Origin: Lama guanicoe | Taxonomy: Eukaryota | Assembly: GCA_013239625.1 (NCBI GenBank) | Contig: MU053584.1 | Coordinates: forward strand, 1 to 64,000 | Direction: 5' to 3' | DNA: 64,000 bases | Part shown: positions 39,302 to 50,289 of the stretch, in pieces | Layout: the number at the start of each line of letters is the position of its first letter | Numbering within the stretch: position 1 is the stretch's first letter | The notes under the pieces: generated by a model | Told to the model about the DNA's origin: nothing | Database searches by the model: none | What the model saw: only the letters and a program-made list of their open reading frames with translations | Made by a program: the position numbers and the translations under genes

Positions 39302-40569
39302 GTAAGACGTCGCTGGTTTTCCTTCTTCCCTTGTTGCTGTGAACATCATGTTTGTTAGGCTGTTTCTTCTACTCGATGATGCCAACAATAATTTGATCAT
39401 TTGTGCATAAGTTACAGGATAATTACTTACTGCAGTCAAATTTGAGAATTAAGATAATTTCTAGCCTTGCGGCAGCATCTTGCATTGATTCTAGGATTTG
39501 CATTTATCTTTCCGTGTTAAACATGCCTGATTTTGAGTGGTGTCTGACAGTTGTTTTTGGTGAGGTGTCAGTCGGGGAATAAGACAGAAAGGATTGGAGC
39601 ATCTTACAGTCTATGTTGTAGATCCATGAAAGATGGTGTATAGCACTGGCGAGACAGGAATGTTTGGTGAGTGCAGTTTTGGTGGAAGATACTAAGTTTA
39701 AGATCAAGATGTTCCACATTCTTGTTGAAGTAGAAATTCTGTGGCACATATGAGTAATCTCTTTCAGTTAAGTAAATTATTTAATCAACAAACTCAATGT
39801 CACAACATACTGATCATCTAGGACACTCCAGTCCTGTGCTTAGGTGTTGGGAATGAATAATACAGACAGCACGGAGCACATGGACTCCTTCGTGGTTTGC
39901 ACTTCTCATGTGTGTGCTCAGCCCCTTTTGTGTTCCTGGTTTGTTTCAGTAGCATTTAGGTGTTATTTCTTGAAAAGTGTCAGTGATTGCATCTAGGACC
40001 CTGGCCTTGCCTAGTTTTGTTTCTTGCTTCTTGAGGTGGGCACACTGGGATGAATGAGATGGCTTAAATGTCAAGAATCTCAGCTCACATTTCTGAGGAA
40101 ATTAAGATGTTGGAAAGAGCCTTCAACGGGGGAAGGAGATGAGACAAGCATGGTGAGACAGAAAAGAAGCACCTGCAAGGTGGGGCAGGAGACGTTAATT
40201 GACAGCAAGTAATTGTCTTGTATATGTTGGGTCCTGTCGGGAGCTGGTGGTCTGCAGGAGTGGAGTGGTGGCAGATGGGAAGAGTGAGGAGCCAGCCAGG
40301 GGTGGAGGCGTGTGCTGGGAGTGCTGGGGGAGAAGTCCCAAGAGTCACGGTGCGAGGAGAGATGAGTGTGGTTCTAGGTTGGGATGTGGGTCTGGACTGC
40401 AGCAGCAGAGGATGGGAGGGCACAGAGACAAAAACACTGAAGGGACAGAGGTGGAGACAGAGATTCGGGAAGAGAGATGCACAGAGCTGAAAGAGACAAA
40501 GGAACTTGGTTAGATAGACAGCTAGAAAGACTGAGAGATGTCTCAGAGAGCAGAAGAAAATCTCCAAGT

Positions 40570-40710
40570 GCAAATTTCAAACTCCCAGTGGAAATGTTAG
40601 GTCTCTTGATTGTGGTGGTGGCTTCATAGGTGTCCACATCTGTCAAAATTCATCAAATTGTGCATCTAAAATATGTGTAGTTTACTGTACAGAGATTGTA
40701 CCACAATAAC
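40570..40710 (+). mobile_element. Old L1 (L1MB/ME-like) 3' terminus
   Basis: ggaaatgtt...tcttgattgtggtggtgg...gtcaaaattcatcaaattgtgca...caataa. Confidence 0.65.
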
Positions 40711-41205
40711 GTCGTGGATTTTTCATGGGGATTTTCTCCCAACCGTTTAGACTTCTGCGCTGAAGTTCAGCTCATCTTCACCCTTCACCCTTGTAACCGT
40801 TTGTTTTTCTGTAACATTCTTAAGGGAGCATATCGCCGATTTTGATTTCTTTCTGAACTGCTGTAACTATCTGTAAAGAAACATGAGCTATACACTTAAT
40901 GGTGAATTATGCTTTATTATAGCCGAGCAACAAATAAGACTTATTTAAATAGAGTAGAAGAAATTTAACATAGAGAAGTTAGAGTTGGAATAAAAATTTA
41001 AATTTACCGTATTTTTAAGAAGCCTTCTTAAGAAGAATGCAGCTGTACCTGGTAGAATCATGGTGCTTGTGTCATCATAACCAGTTTGTTACTCTGCTGC
41101 GCACCTTTAAGTTTTCTCCAAACAACTTCTTGAAAGCTTGTGTGGATGCTTTAGAGCTTTGTGGTTGAGAACCGCTTCTGGACCTAATTTGTCCTGCATC
41201 TCCAG

Positions 41206-41342
41206 GGCCTTTGCCCAGTCCTTGAGACCTGGAACTCCAAGACGTGACTCGCAGCACCAGGAATGTCTTGTGGGAACCTGCCCCTGGAAAAGTGCATAAA
41301 TATATTGTCCGCTGCAAAACACCAGAAGAGGTTGTCAGAGAG
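41206..41342 (+). pseudogene. COL12A1: COL12A1-like FN3 exon C, 137 nt, in-frame TGA at 41223-41225
   Basis: tccag|GGCCT...AGAGAG|gtaggt; [44 protein letters not shown], versus recalled [45 protein letters not shown]. Confidence 0.9.
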
Positions 41343-42291
41343 GTAGGTTGAGATTAGAATGGGTTTAGAAATACTTGTTTTCCTAGTAGGTTTAACAAAA
41401 GAACCTAAACAAGCATAGATGGTAGCATATTTTGCATACTTGTCATTTCATTGATCTAGTGTTGGAAACTTGTTCTATTATATATTAATAAAGCACTGTT
41501 AGAATATTGATAATATGTTGGGCTGTCTCGCATTTTGTTTAGAAATGGTTTGCTGTGTGATGTTAATCTCAGAAACATCATCCCTTAGTAGATGAAGAGT
41601 TATAGACTCTAGGTGGTGTTTCCCTCTCGTCCAGGTGCCTGTTATGGTGCTCTGCCATCTATGGATGACTAAAAATTGTCATAATAATGTTTCTAAAAAT
41701 GAGAGCTAGCAAGGGGATGCTCGAAAGAGACGGGGGGTTGTCAGGTAAAAGGAGTACAGGACAGTTGAGTACGATGAAGGGAAAGCATGAATAGCATGTT
41801 AGAGGAGTGTGCCTTGGCACTGAGCATTTTTGAGATGATGTTGGGGGTGGAGAGCTGTATCCGTGACAACCTGCTTCCAAGTGGGAGCAAGTCGAGGGGC
41901 TTCAGCTGCAAATGGATTTAAAACACGTTTGCTGGAGGGGCCATTCATGTGAGGATCTCAGAGGCATTTTTGGAAGCTAGAGATAGTTTCTGTAAGCTCC
42001 CAGTTATGCCTGTGCTGCTCCTTTGGGTTGTCCAGAAGCTCATTTATACACATGAACATGTTCATTTCTTTCCAGGGTTCAATTTCAAAAGGAGTACAAT
42101 GACCATGGGGTCTCACTTCTTGTGTGTAATAAATAAGCTAATACACAGGAGAATTTCTCTGAGAGAAATAAGGCAGTGATGTGAAGGGAGGCAGGGGAAA
42201 CGATTCTGTTGTTTGAATTCCTAGGCTGACATTTACCAGACAGTGGTGAGAGACATGGCTCTGGTCCATGCATTTTTGGGCTCTCTTATAG

Positions 42292-42417
42292 GTAGAGGTG
42301 GACAGGTCACGGGCCAGGACGCCCCTTGAAGACCTCTTCTCACAGACCATGTGCACAGTCGGCGTTTCTGCAAGGTGTGACGGGGGGCTCCCCCAGGAGC
42401 TGCTCAGGAAAGCACCC
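42292..42417 (+). pseudogene. COL12A1: COL12A1-like FN3 exon D, 126 nt, frameshifted near the 3' end
   Basis: tatag|GTAGAG...; VEVDRSRARTPLEDLFSQTMCTVGVSARCDG, then a frame change to PGAAQEST, versus recalled [43 protein letters not shown]. Donor degraded to gtgatc. Confidence 0.85.
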
Positions 42418-42665
42418 GTGATCTGCGCTTGCGCTTTATTGATCCTTGGGAAACAACACTGTGCGCGTGTCACTGAACCTCCTTGGTTACTTCATTTCTT
42501 CATGTTATTTTTTTGCCCAGGTTTGATAATGTTTGGGTTCCTAGACTGTTTTTTGCTAATTTTCTTCCCATCTTCTATCTTTGTGTCCATTCCTTTTATG
42601 ATAATTTCTCTCCTTTTAGTCTACCTGCCACTGTCACTCATTCATCTTCCAGATACTTGATGTCT

Positions 42666-42668
<3 letters not shown>

Positions 42669-42695
<27 letters not shown>
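42669..42695. repeat. (TG)n microsatellite
   Basis: Seen directly. Confidence 0.95.
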
Positions 42696-42696
<1 letters not shown>

Positions 42697-43249
42697 GAGA
42701 GGGGTGGGGAGAAAGAATATTCTTGATGTATGTTGGACATTGTCTCTGGAAACCATGCAGTAGTTATCAGATGTTTTGAGATCTTCCTATATGTAAAGTG
42801 CTATCAGGGCTAGGAAAATCTAAGCATCCTTGCCCTCAGTAGTTCGTGATTTCGTTGCAGAGGTAACAGTACCTGAGATCATGTAAGGTAGGTGAGGCGC
42901 GTGGCTCTCAGAGGGAGGGTCGACTTCCGCAGTGGAAACGTGGGGGAGATGCTGGGCCCCTGCCCGGGCCCCGCCTTCCCTGCTCCATTCCGAGGCCACT
43001 TCAAGGAATAGGTATCCCTTTCTCTCCCTCTCATGGTACTTGCATAGTGTGTAACCCAGTTATCATTGCCTGTTGGTCTTTTTCTGTCTATTGGACTTTC
43101 CCCTCCTAATGAGGGCAGAGATAGGTTTATTTTGCTCAATTTGTGTCTCCAGTTTCTGGCCCAGTGCTCAGCACATAATTTCCTAATTGAATAGTGGTTA
43201 AGAAATTGAGGTCTGGAACCAGCTAGGATCCTAAGAAATATCATGGGGG

Positions 43250-43540
43250 CCACACAGGTAACTCAGAATTTTCTAGTAGCCACATTAGAAAAGGTAAAGA
43301 GAAAAATGAAATGAATTTTAATAATGTGTTATGTTTTACTCTATATCCAGAATATTAGCATTTTAACATTTATCAGTATCATTATTAATGAGAGATCTCA
43401 CATCTTTTTGGTAATATTTTTTTTCAATCCAGTGTATATTAATTTACATTTATAGTACATCTCAATTCAGATGCCACATTTCAAGTACTCAATGGCTGCA
43501 TGTGGCTGGTGGCTCCCATGGTGGACAGCACGGGCCTAGA
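43250..43540. mobile_element. MER33-like hAT-Charlie element
   Basis: aattttctagtagccacattagaaaagg...acatctcaattcaga...gccacatttcaagtactcaatgg...ggacagcac. Confidence 0.75.
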
Positions 43541-44795
43541 GAATTTAAATGACTTGCCCAGCCTGGCCCAGGAAGCGCGTGGTGGGATCAGAGCTATAGT
43601 CTGGGACTTTTCCTTCCTATCCAGCAAGTCTCATGGAGGCTTAGAAACTTCTCCTTTGGGGCCCAGCGTCTGTCCATGCTTAAGACATCTTGTCAGGTGT
43701 CCCAGCCTGCTCCGAGCATCAGCCAGTACCCACTTCTGCTCTTTTCAGGCCAGGCAATACCTCTTAGCAACTTCAGTTGCCTTCTTGGCATTAGTTCTTA
43801 CCTGGAAGGGTAGTGGCTAGAGATGGAAATGTGTCCACATGAGCAGAGGGACAGGTTTTTCATCAACAGCAGGAGTGGTCAAGAGAAGAAAATGTCAGGA
43901 AGAAAGACCAGTGGAAGCAGGTCATTTAATATACCAAAGGGATACTTTTAATGTATGTTTGTGATCCTTCAGATTTCCTAAGAACTTTCAGATACATCCA
44001 AAGTGCATTACCTTATGATTGGTTTGCTTTGCAGTTGTGCTTGTGAAAGTGGTACCAGTCTCTTGATCTCAGTGGGCCTTTTCATTATAATGATTAGAAA
44101 CAAGTATTTTGATGGCTCTGGGTTTTGTGTATTTGGCTTTGGTTACCAAATAGAGAAATTGACAATGAAAGCTCCGAACTGGTGGCAGACATTCCAGATG
44201 GCTTGAGCTGCAAACTAACTAGACTGCTGGTCAGTAGCAGGGCTCTTAATTGGGATTTCAGTGTCACCAGCACTGCAGGGCTATTCCTGTCTCTGGATAG
44301 AGTCAGTATGGTCAGCGGCACGTTGTGTTTAAGGTGAGTGATCTACAGGCAAAGCTTACATGTGACTGACTTAGAGCAGAACATTTTATGGACCCCGAAG
44401 GCCCCTGTGCTGTCTGTATTGTGGGCTGAAGTTTGTACTTAATATGTATTGTTGTGTGAAGGAGTCCATGGTTTTCCTTAGATTCCCCCAAAAGTGTGAG
44501 GTGCAAAGTGATTAAGAACCACTGAGTTAGAACAGTGTGACTAAATGTAAGCTTAAAAAAAAAAAATTACCATTTTAGTAGAATATAAATAGTAACCTAT
44601 TACATCCATAAAATGCTTGTGGTTTTCAGAGCCCTGTCTCATAGTTAACTTTCAAATGGACTGAACTGGTAAGATACTTGGTTCTAAGCCATGGTGTCAG
44701 CCAGTTTCCCCGTGTCCAAGAAACTAGAACAAGTTTCATTAAATGCAGTTTGTAGGTCACCTCCAAAAACGTCATGCTGTCTTTCCTCATGGCAG

Positions 44796-44936
44796 GTACT
44801 GTACCAGCCCCAGCACACCTGCAGATGCTGAGGTAGCACCAGAGAGTCTCAGAGGGGCATGGGATCACGGAGCTTCTGATGTGTCTCTCTCTGCAGAATC
44901 ACCTGGGCCCCTTCTGGAAGCTCAGATGAGATGGAG
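44796..44936 (+). pseudogene. COL12A1: COL12A1-like FN3 exon E, 141 nt, two frameshifts
   Basis: ggcag|GTACTG...ATGGAG|gtaatg; TVPAPAHLQ / [21 protein letters not shown] / CRITWAPSGSSDEME across frames, versus recalled [46 protein letters not shown]. Confidence 0.88.
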
Positions 44937-45269
44937 GTAATGTTAAGTCTTTCTTTCTCTTCCCTTTTTCTTTTCTTTCCTTTTTTTTTTTTTAAGATCC
45001 CATTTCATTATAGGGAAACTTGTTTGAAATATGTGTTGCCTCTGTTGCCTGAAAAGCTCTGAATGGAGCACTTTCTACTGTTTTCGGGTCCACGCGAGAA
45101 CTGTAGGAGACGTGGATTTTATCACAAGGGAGCACACCCCCCAGACAGTGGTGACATTCCTGTGCAGGCGCTCTGACCTGCTTACAGCTCTGTTAAACAC
45201 CCCTCCCTCCACCCCTGTGTGCGCCTACTCACGGACAGGCCACTGACTCTATTGTGTTGATTTATTTAG

Positions 45270-45386
45270 GACCCAGCAGGGGACCGAGGAATCTGAGTGT
45301 TTTTGGGGAGACAGCCACCAGCTGATGGGCCAGTTCAGCACAGGATCACTTTCGCTCCTACTGTTGGTGACCCAGTCGATGAATAC
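45270..45386 (+). pseudogene. COL12A1: COL12A1-like FN3 exon F (a much later repeat), 117 nt, internal deletion with frameshift
   Basis: tttag|GACCCA...GAATAC|gtgagt; PSRGPRNLSVFGETAT / ADGPVQHRITFAPTVGDPVDEY, versus recalled [47 protein letters not shown]. Confidence 0.85.
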
Positions 45387-46491
45387 GTGAGTCTGATACT
45401 CATTTGAGCGTTTTGTAACCTCTTGCCTGATTGGAGGGTGAAGTTAAGGTTTCTTCTTTAGGAAGTGCTGTGATGACAGTTGAGACTTTGACTTTTGTGT
45501 GACAGTCACATGTTACATGACTTTCTCTGACCTGGACAATCAGAATCCTCCCCGGCTTGGGGGTGGTGATGTGGGGCTGTGCTTGAAGGTGCAGTGGGGG
45601 CCAAGGCTGAGGCAGGAGACCTGAAGCCCCCACTGGAAGTCCTGGGTCCTGGACCCTCCCACAGCAGGGGACACTGTCACCTCCCTGGTGGTCCTGCCTC
45701 CTGGCCCTCCTGTCCTGGGGCCCTGCTGGGATCCTCTCACCTGGACTGGCATCAGGGGAGTACCTTTCAGAAGGTCTGTCAGCCTCCTGGGCTTATTTTT
45801 CTTCATATTGTCTGCTCACTTTCTGTTGGTTCTCTGTGTTTTTCTTATATTGATTTGAAGACCTATTTTTAAAATTTCTATCACCCGGAGCCTCTGGGCT
45901 CAGAGGTGCTAGACCAGGGCCAGTGTGGTGTGAGCACCAGCTGCACAGGGAGGCCGATGTTGGGCCCCTGCCGGCCTGTGCACAGCACCCCACAGCCCGG
46001 GCTGGACCCAGTCTGGCTGGGAGACCTCTCGGCCCCTGTAGGGTGGACAGGCCAGGCCCCATGAGGCCTGAAGCATTTTCTTTTATGTCGTATAAGTTAA
46101 TCTTTTATTGGTTCTTTTCTCCTGTGGATACTCGTTTTCTAGTCTAGTATTTGCAGGTTAATTTTATTTACTGTTTCCTTCTTGCTCATGCAGAATAATC
46201 CAGTTGATTTTATATACTGAGTCTCAACCCAGTAACCATGCCTTAATTCCGTTCCTAATTGTAAATGTCTTTGGATTATGGTGGATTTTCCATGCATAAT
46301 AATGCCATGCACACAGAGTGACAGTTTCCTCACTTAAAATTTGATCTTTATGCCTCCTATTTTGTTGTTACTGCATTCTTATCCTGACAGTGTCTTCAGT
46401 ACATACTGAACAGGAGTGAAAGCTGGCATCTCGTTCTGGTTACAGAGAAAACTCTCAATATTTGCCTATTAAAAATTGTATTGTTTGTTAT

Positions 46492-47033
46492 TGGTACTGA
46501 GTGCAAACTTGTTCTGCTTGCTGCATGACAGGCCAGTAAATCAGGAGATGAGGTGTTGGGGCACAAGGAATAGCAACTTTATTCAGAAATCCAGCTGACC
46601 AAGAAGATGGCCCATTAATGTCCTGGAGAACCATCTTTTCCAACTCAGACTTAAGACTTCTTCTATACTGAAAAAAAAAAAAAGGAAAAGGGAATACGTG
46701 GTTGTTGCAAATTTCTTGTAGGGATTCTTTATTCTTGGAATCCTGTGTTCTTGCAGCTGTGCATGTGGGTTAGATCATGGTGTCCCTGTAAACCTCCAAC
46801 CAAACAAGTGTTATTTTCTATGTTGCAACTTGTATTCTTTATATGAATGGAAAAGTGTTAATGTCTTTAAAGGTCAGAGACTTGGGAACAGGCTCTCCTG
46901 TCTATTTCAGGCTGTTGGCAATGTTGTTTCACAAAAGGTGCAGAACCAGCAAGACTAAGCCTAGGAAACAACACAGGGTTAAAGTCAAAGGAATGGATCT
47001 AGTGTGGAGTAAGGTTTCTTCTTTGCTATTCCA
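46492..47033 (-). mobile_element. Solo ERV LTR inserted into an old minus-strand L1
   Basis: About 540 bp bounded by TG...CA. Contains tttatt (AATAAA on the minus strand) near 46578. Flanks ttat/ttgt fit an imperfect 4-bp target-site duplication, and L1-like text resumes on both sides. Confidence 0.6.
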
Positions 47034-48269
47034 TTGTCAGTTCACTTAGATAATCAGATTCAGGAAGCTCCCTTCTTTCCTTTTGTTTTTTTTCTAGTTC
47101 ATGGTGCTCTGAGATTATTTCTTCCTGTCTGGATTCTAAATATTGTTGGACTCATCATGCTCACTCTTGTTAGATTCATTTTTCTGTTTCCTTCGTCTGC
47201 ACCTCACTTCGCATTTGTCTAGTAAAAAGCCAGTTTTCAGTCTGTTTCCTTCCGAAGAACATGGACAATACTGTGAGTGGAATTTCTATTGGTAAAGAAA
47301 TAAAGATGGCAATCTTTATTTAGAGTTCTTCTACCTCCAGGGGAGGAATAACTACAGCTGAGGTGACCTGGATAATTGCAACCGCCTGCAGGACCTGCCT
47401 GAACAGTTGCAGGTTTCTGTAAAGCAAAATGGAATTGTCACTTTTGTTTTTGAACAAAAAGCAAGAACTTGCTGTCCTTTTATGTTCTTCTCATGTTGTT
47501 TGCATTTTGTTTAACTGCTGAGTGTGTGATTCCTGTAGTTGGGCACCTGGAGTCTATGAAAATTAATGCCTGGTCCAGGATGCCTTCTCTTTATTCCAAC
47601 ATTGCTCATCCTGAAGTGTTTGCGCTGACTCATTAGAACGGGGTGTTAGCGCGGACATACGTCACTGTGCAGTAGAGTAAGCCTGTCCTTGCCACCCCCA
47701 CCTTCCTTACCCACTCCGGAAATTGCAAGAATAGGACCCAAAATATATTTTTACTACGGAACCACAATTAGACAGTCACTGTATTTTTAGAGTTAATAGC
47801 AGCCCTCTTCTATGTAGCAAAGCAAAATACACACCGCCCCCTCACCCCACCCGCCCGCCCCAAACCCTCCATGCTTAATGAGCTGATTCTGGATGTGCTG
47901 TACTCTTTTAAGCTTCATTTAGATATTTTTATTTAGCAAGAAAATGAATAAGAACAACGGAGTGTCCAATTTGTATCTTGTGCAGAGACCAGAACTAACC
48001 TGTGCTGCTTTTACTACGGCTGCTGTGGCTGAGGCTACCACTATGCCATGACCACTGCCTGTCTTCCTTGTATTTATCTTATTACAATTTTCAAAGCAAC
48101 GTTAACCCCATTCTTTCTCAATACAACTTGCAGGATAGGAAACGCAGGTTTTCATATCCTACGTTTTATATGTATATGAAAATTGAAGTTGAGAGAGCTG
48201 AAGTAGCTGGGACCAGAAGTGATTAGGTAGTAAGATGTAGTCTAGTAGGATGAAAGTCAGTCTGTGCAC

Positions 48270-48510
48270 TTTGTTCTGGTGCCAGGTTTTAGCTACTTGA
48301 AGGACAGGTCTGAGTCCTGGCTCTGCCACTGGCTGTCTTGGGGAAATTGCTTAACTCTTCTCCAAGCCACAGCTTCATTCTCTGAAAAATCATCTATGAT
48401 ACAGATCTTTTTATGATTGATTATCTTGCAAGTGAGACAATGTGAATTAAACCGTTAGCACAATGATCACCAAAGGCAGTGCCCAAGGTTACCATTATTA
48501 TTATTACTAA
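48270..48510 (+). mobile_element. MIR SINE
   Basis: gagtcctggctctgccact...ttggggaaattgcttaactc...agcttcattc...ttagcacaatg. Confidence 0.7.
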
Positions 48511-48574
48511 TGTTGCTAAATATTCATGTTATCCCAAATGTATCCTTTTACAAATTGCATAGTGTTTTTGTGTT

Positions 48575-50060
48575 TGTTTTTATTGAGATATAAATATATA
48601 ACTTTATATTAGGTTCTGGTATACAACATAATGATTTGATACTTAAATGTATTGTGAAATGGCTACCAAGTTAGTTAACGTCCATCATTATATATATTTA
48701 CACATTTTTTTCTTGTGATAAGATTCTACTCCCTTAGTAATATCAAATATTTTATGTGGTATTATTACTATAGTCCCCATGCTGTATGTTTCATGACCTC
48801 ATGTTATTTATTTTGTAAATGGATATTTCTATGTTTTGACCCCACTGACCAATATTTCCCCTCTCCCACTCCAGTCTGTTCTCTGTATCTATGAGCTTGT
48901 TTTTGGTTTTGTCTTACTTAGTTTCCACCTGTAAGTGAAGTCATGCATGTTTATCTCATTTATTTGATCTAGCATAATGCCCTCAGGGTCAATCCATGTT
49001 GATGCAAATAGCGAAATTTCATTCTTTTCAATGACTTAATGGTATTTATATATATATACATACATACATACATATATATAGAAACACACACGACATACCG
49101 GATTACCTTTGTCCATTTGTCCACTGATGGACACTTTAGTTGTTTCCGTATCTTGATTATTGTCGTTAATGCTGCGGTTCAGATGGACATGCAGGTACTG
49201 GCTCAAGTTAGTGTTTTCATTTCTTTCAGATAAATAAGAGTGGAATTGCTGGATCACATAGTAGCCCTATTTTTAATATTTTGGGAAACTTCCGTATTGT
49301 TTTACACTGTGGCTCCACTAATTTACGTTCCCAGCAGGCACAGGTTTCCCTTTTCTCCGTGTCTTGCCAACACTTGCTACATTTTGTCTTGTTGATAATT
49401 GTTGTTCTAACACATGTGAGGTGACATCTTGTTGTGGTATTGATTTCTGTTTCCTTTGTGATAAGGGCCATTGATCCTTCTCATGTTTTAATCAGATTGG
49501 GGGTTTTGTTGCTGTTATTTGAGTTGTAGGAGTTTTTTGTGTTTTGTATGTCAGACCCTTTTCAGGTATATTACTTGCAGTTCTTCTCTCCCATTCAGTA
49601 AGTTGCCTTTCCATGTTATTGTTGATTTCTTCTGCTGTGCAGAAGCTTTTAAGCTGGATGTAACCCCACTTGCTTATTTTTGTTTTTGTTTCCTTTGCTT
49701 TTGGTGTCAAATCCAAAAAATCATCACCGAGATTGATGTCAGGGAGCTTACTGCCTATAATTTCTTATGGTAGTTTTATGGTTTCAGGTCTTACATTCAA
49801 GTCCTTCACACATTTTGAGTTGACTTTCGTGTTTGGTAATAAGACAGGGGTCCAATTTCATTCTTCCGCATGTAGTTATGCAGGTTTCCCCGCATCACTT
49901 AGTGAAGAGACTGTCCTTTCCCCATTGTATATTCTTGGCTCCCTTGTTGTTAATTATTCATCATAGATGCACGGGTTTCTTTATGAGCTTTGTTCTGTTC
50001 CATTGATATATGTGTCTGTTTCCAAGCCAACGCCGTTCTCTTGATGATTTTCACTTTGTA
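48575..50060 (-). mobile_element. L1 (L1MA-like) 3' fragment
   Basis: Minus-strand ORF2 C-terminal peptides in the ORF track (MDLTPKAKETKTKISKWGYIQLKSFCTAEE; TTRCHLTCVR). Confidence 0.88.
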
Positions 50061-50289
50061 ATGGAAGTTGCTTTCTTCTACAGTTTTGCTAAGAGTTATT
50101 TTCATGGCTAGTCAATGAGTTTATTAAATACCTTTTTACATTTATCCTACTTAATTATTGTTTTCTCATTGTGCTTTTCTGCTAATAGGATAATTTACAC
50201 AATTATTTTTGAATCTTGACCAGTCTTGCATTTTTCAATATAGTCTACTGTTCTATTATGTTTATATGATGGCTTAATTCACAAATAAT

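Larger units (their letters stand above)
38312..45386 (+). pseudogene. COL12A1: Unprocessed internal fragment of collagen XII alpha-1 (FN3 repeat exons, about human exons 25-29 and 38)
   Basis: Six AG/GT-bounded exons match recalled COL12A1 FN3 peptides in order. They contain one in-frame stop and several frameshifts. Confidence 0.88.

Noticed and set aside
39370..39450. Possible C/D-box snoRNA in the intron after COL12A1-like exon B (GATGATG near 39375)
   Set aside because: The C box is imperfect and there is no CTGA D box or terminal stem at a suitable distance; an Rfam/Infernal search would be needed.
40085..40646. Cluster of 90-162-aa ORFs
   Set aside because: Purine-rich low-complexity sequence plus an L1 end.
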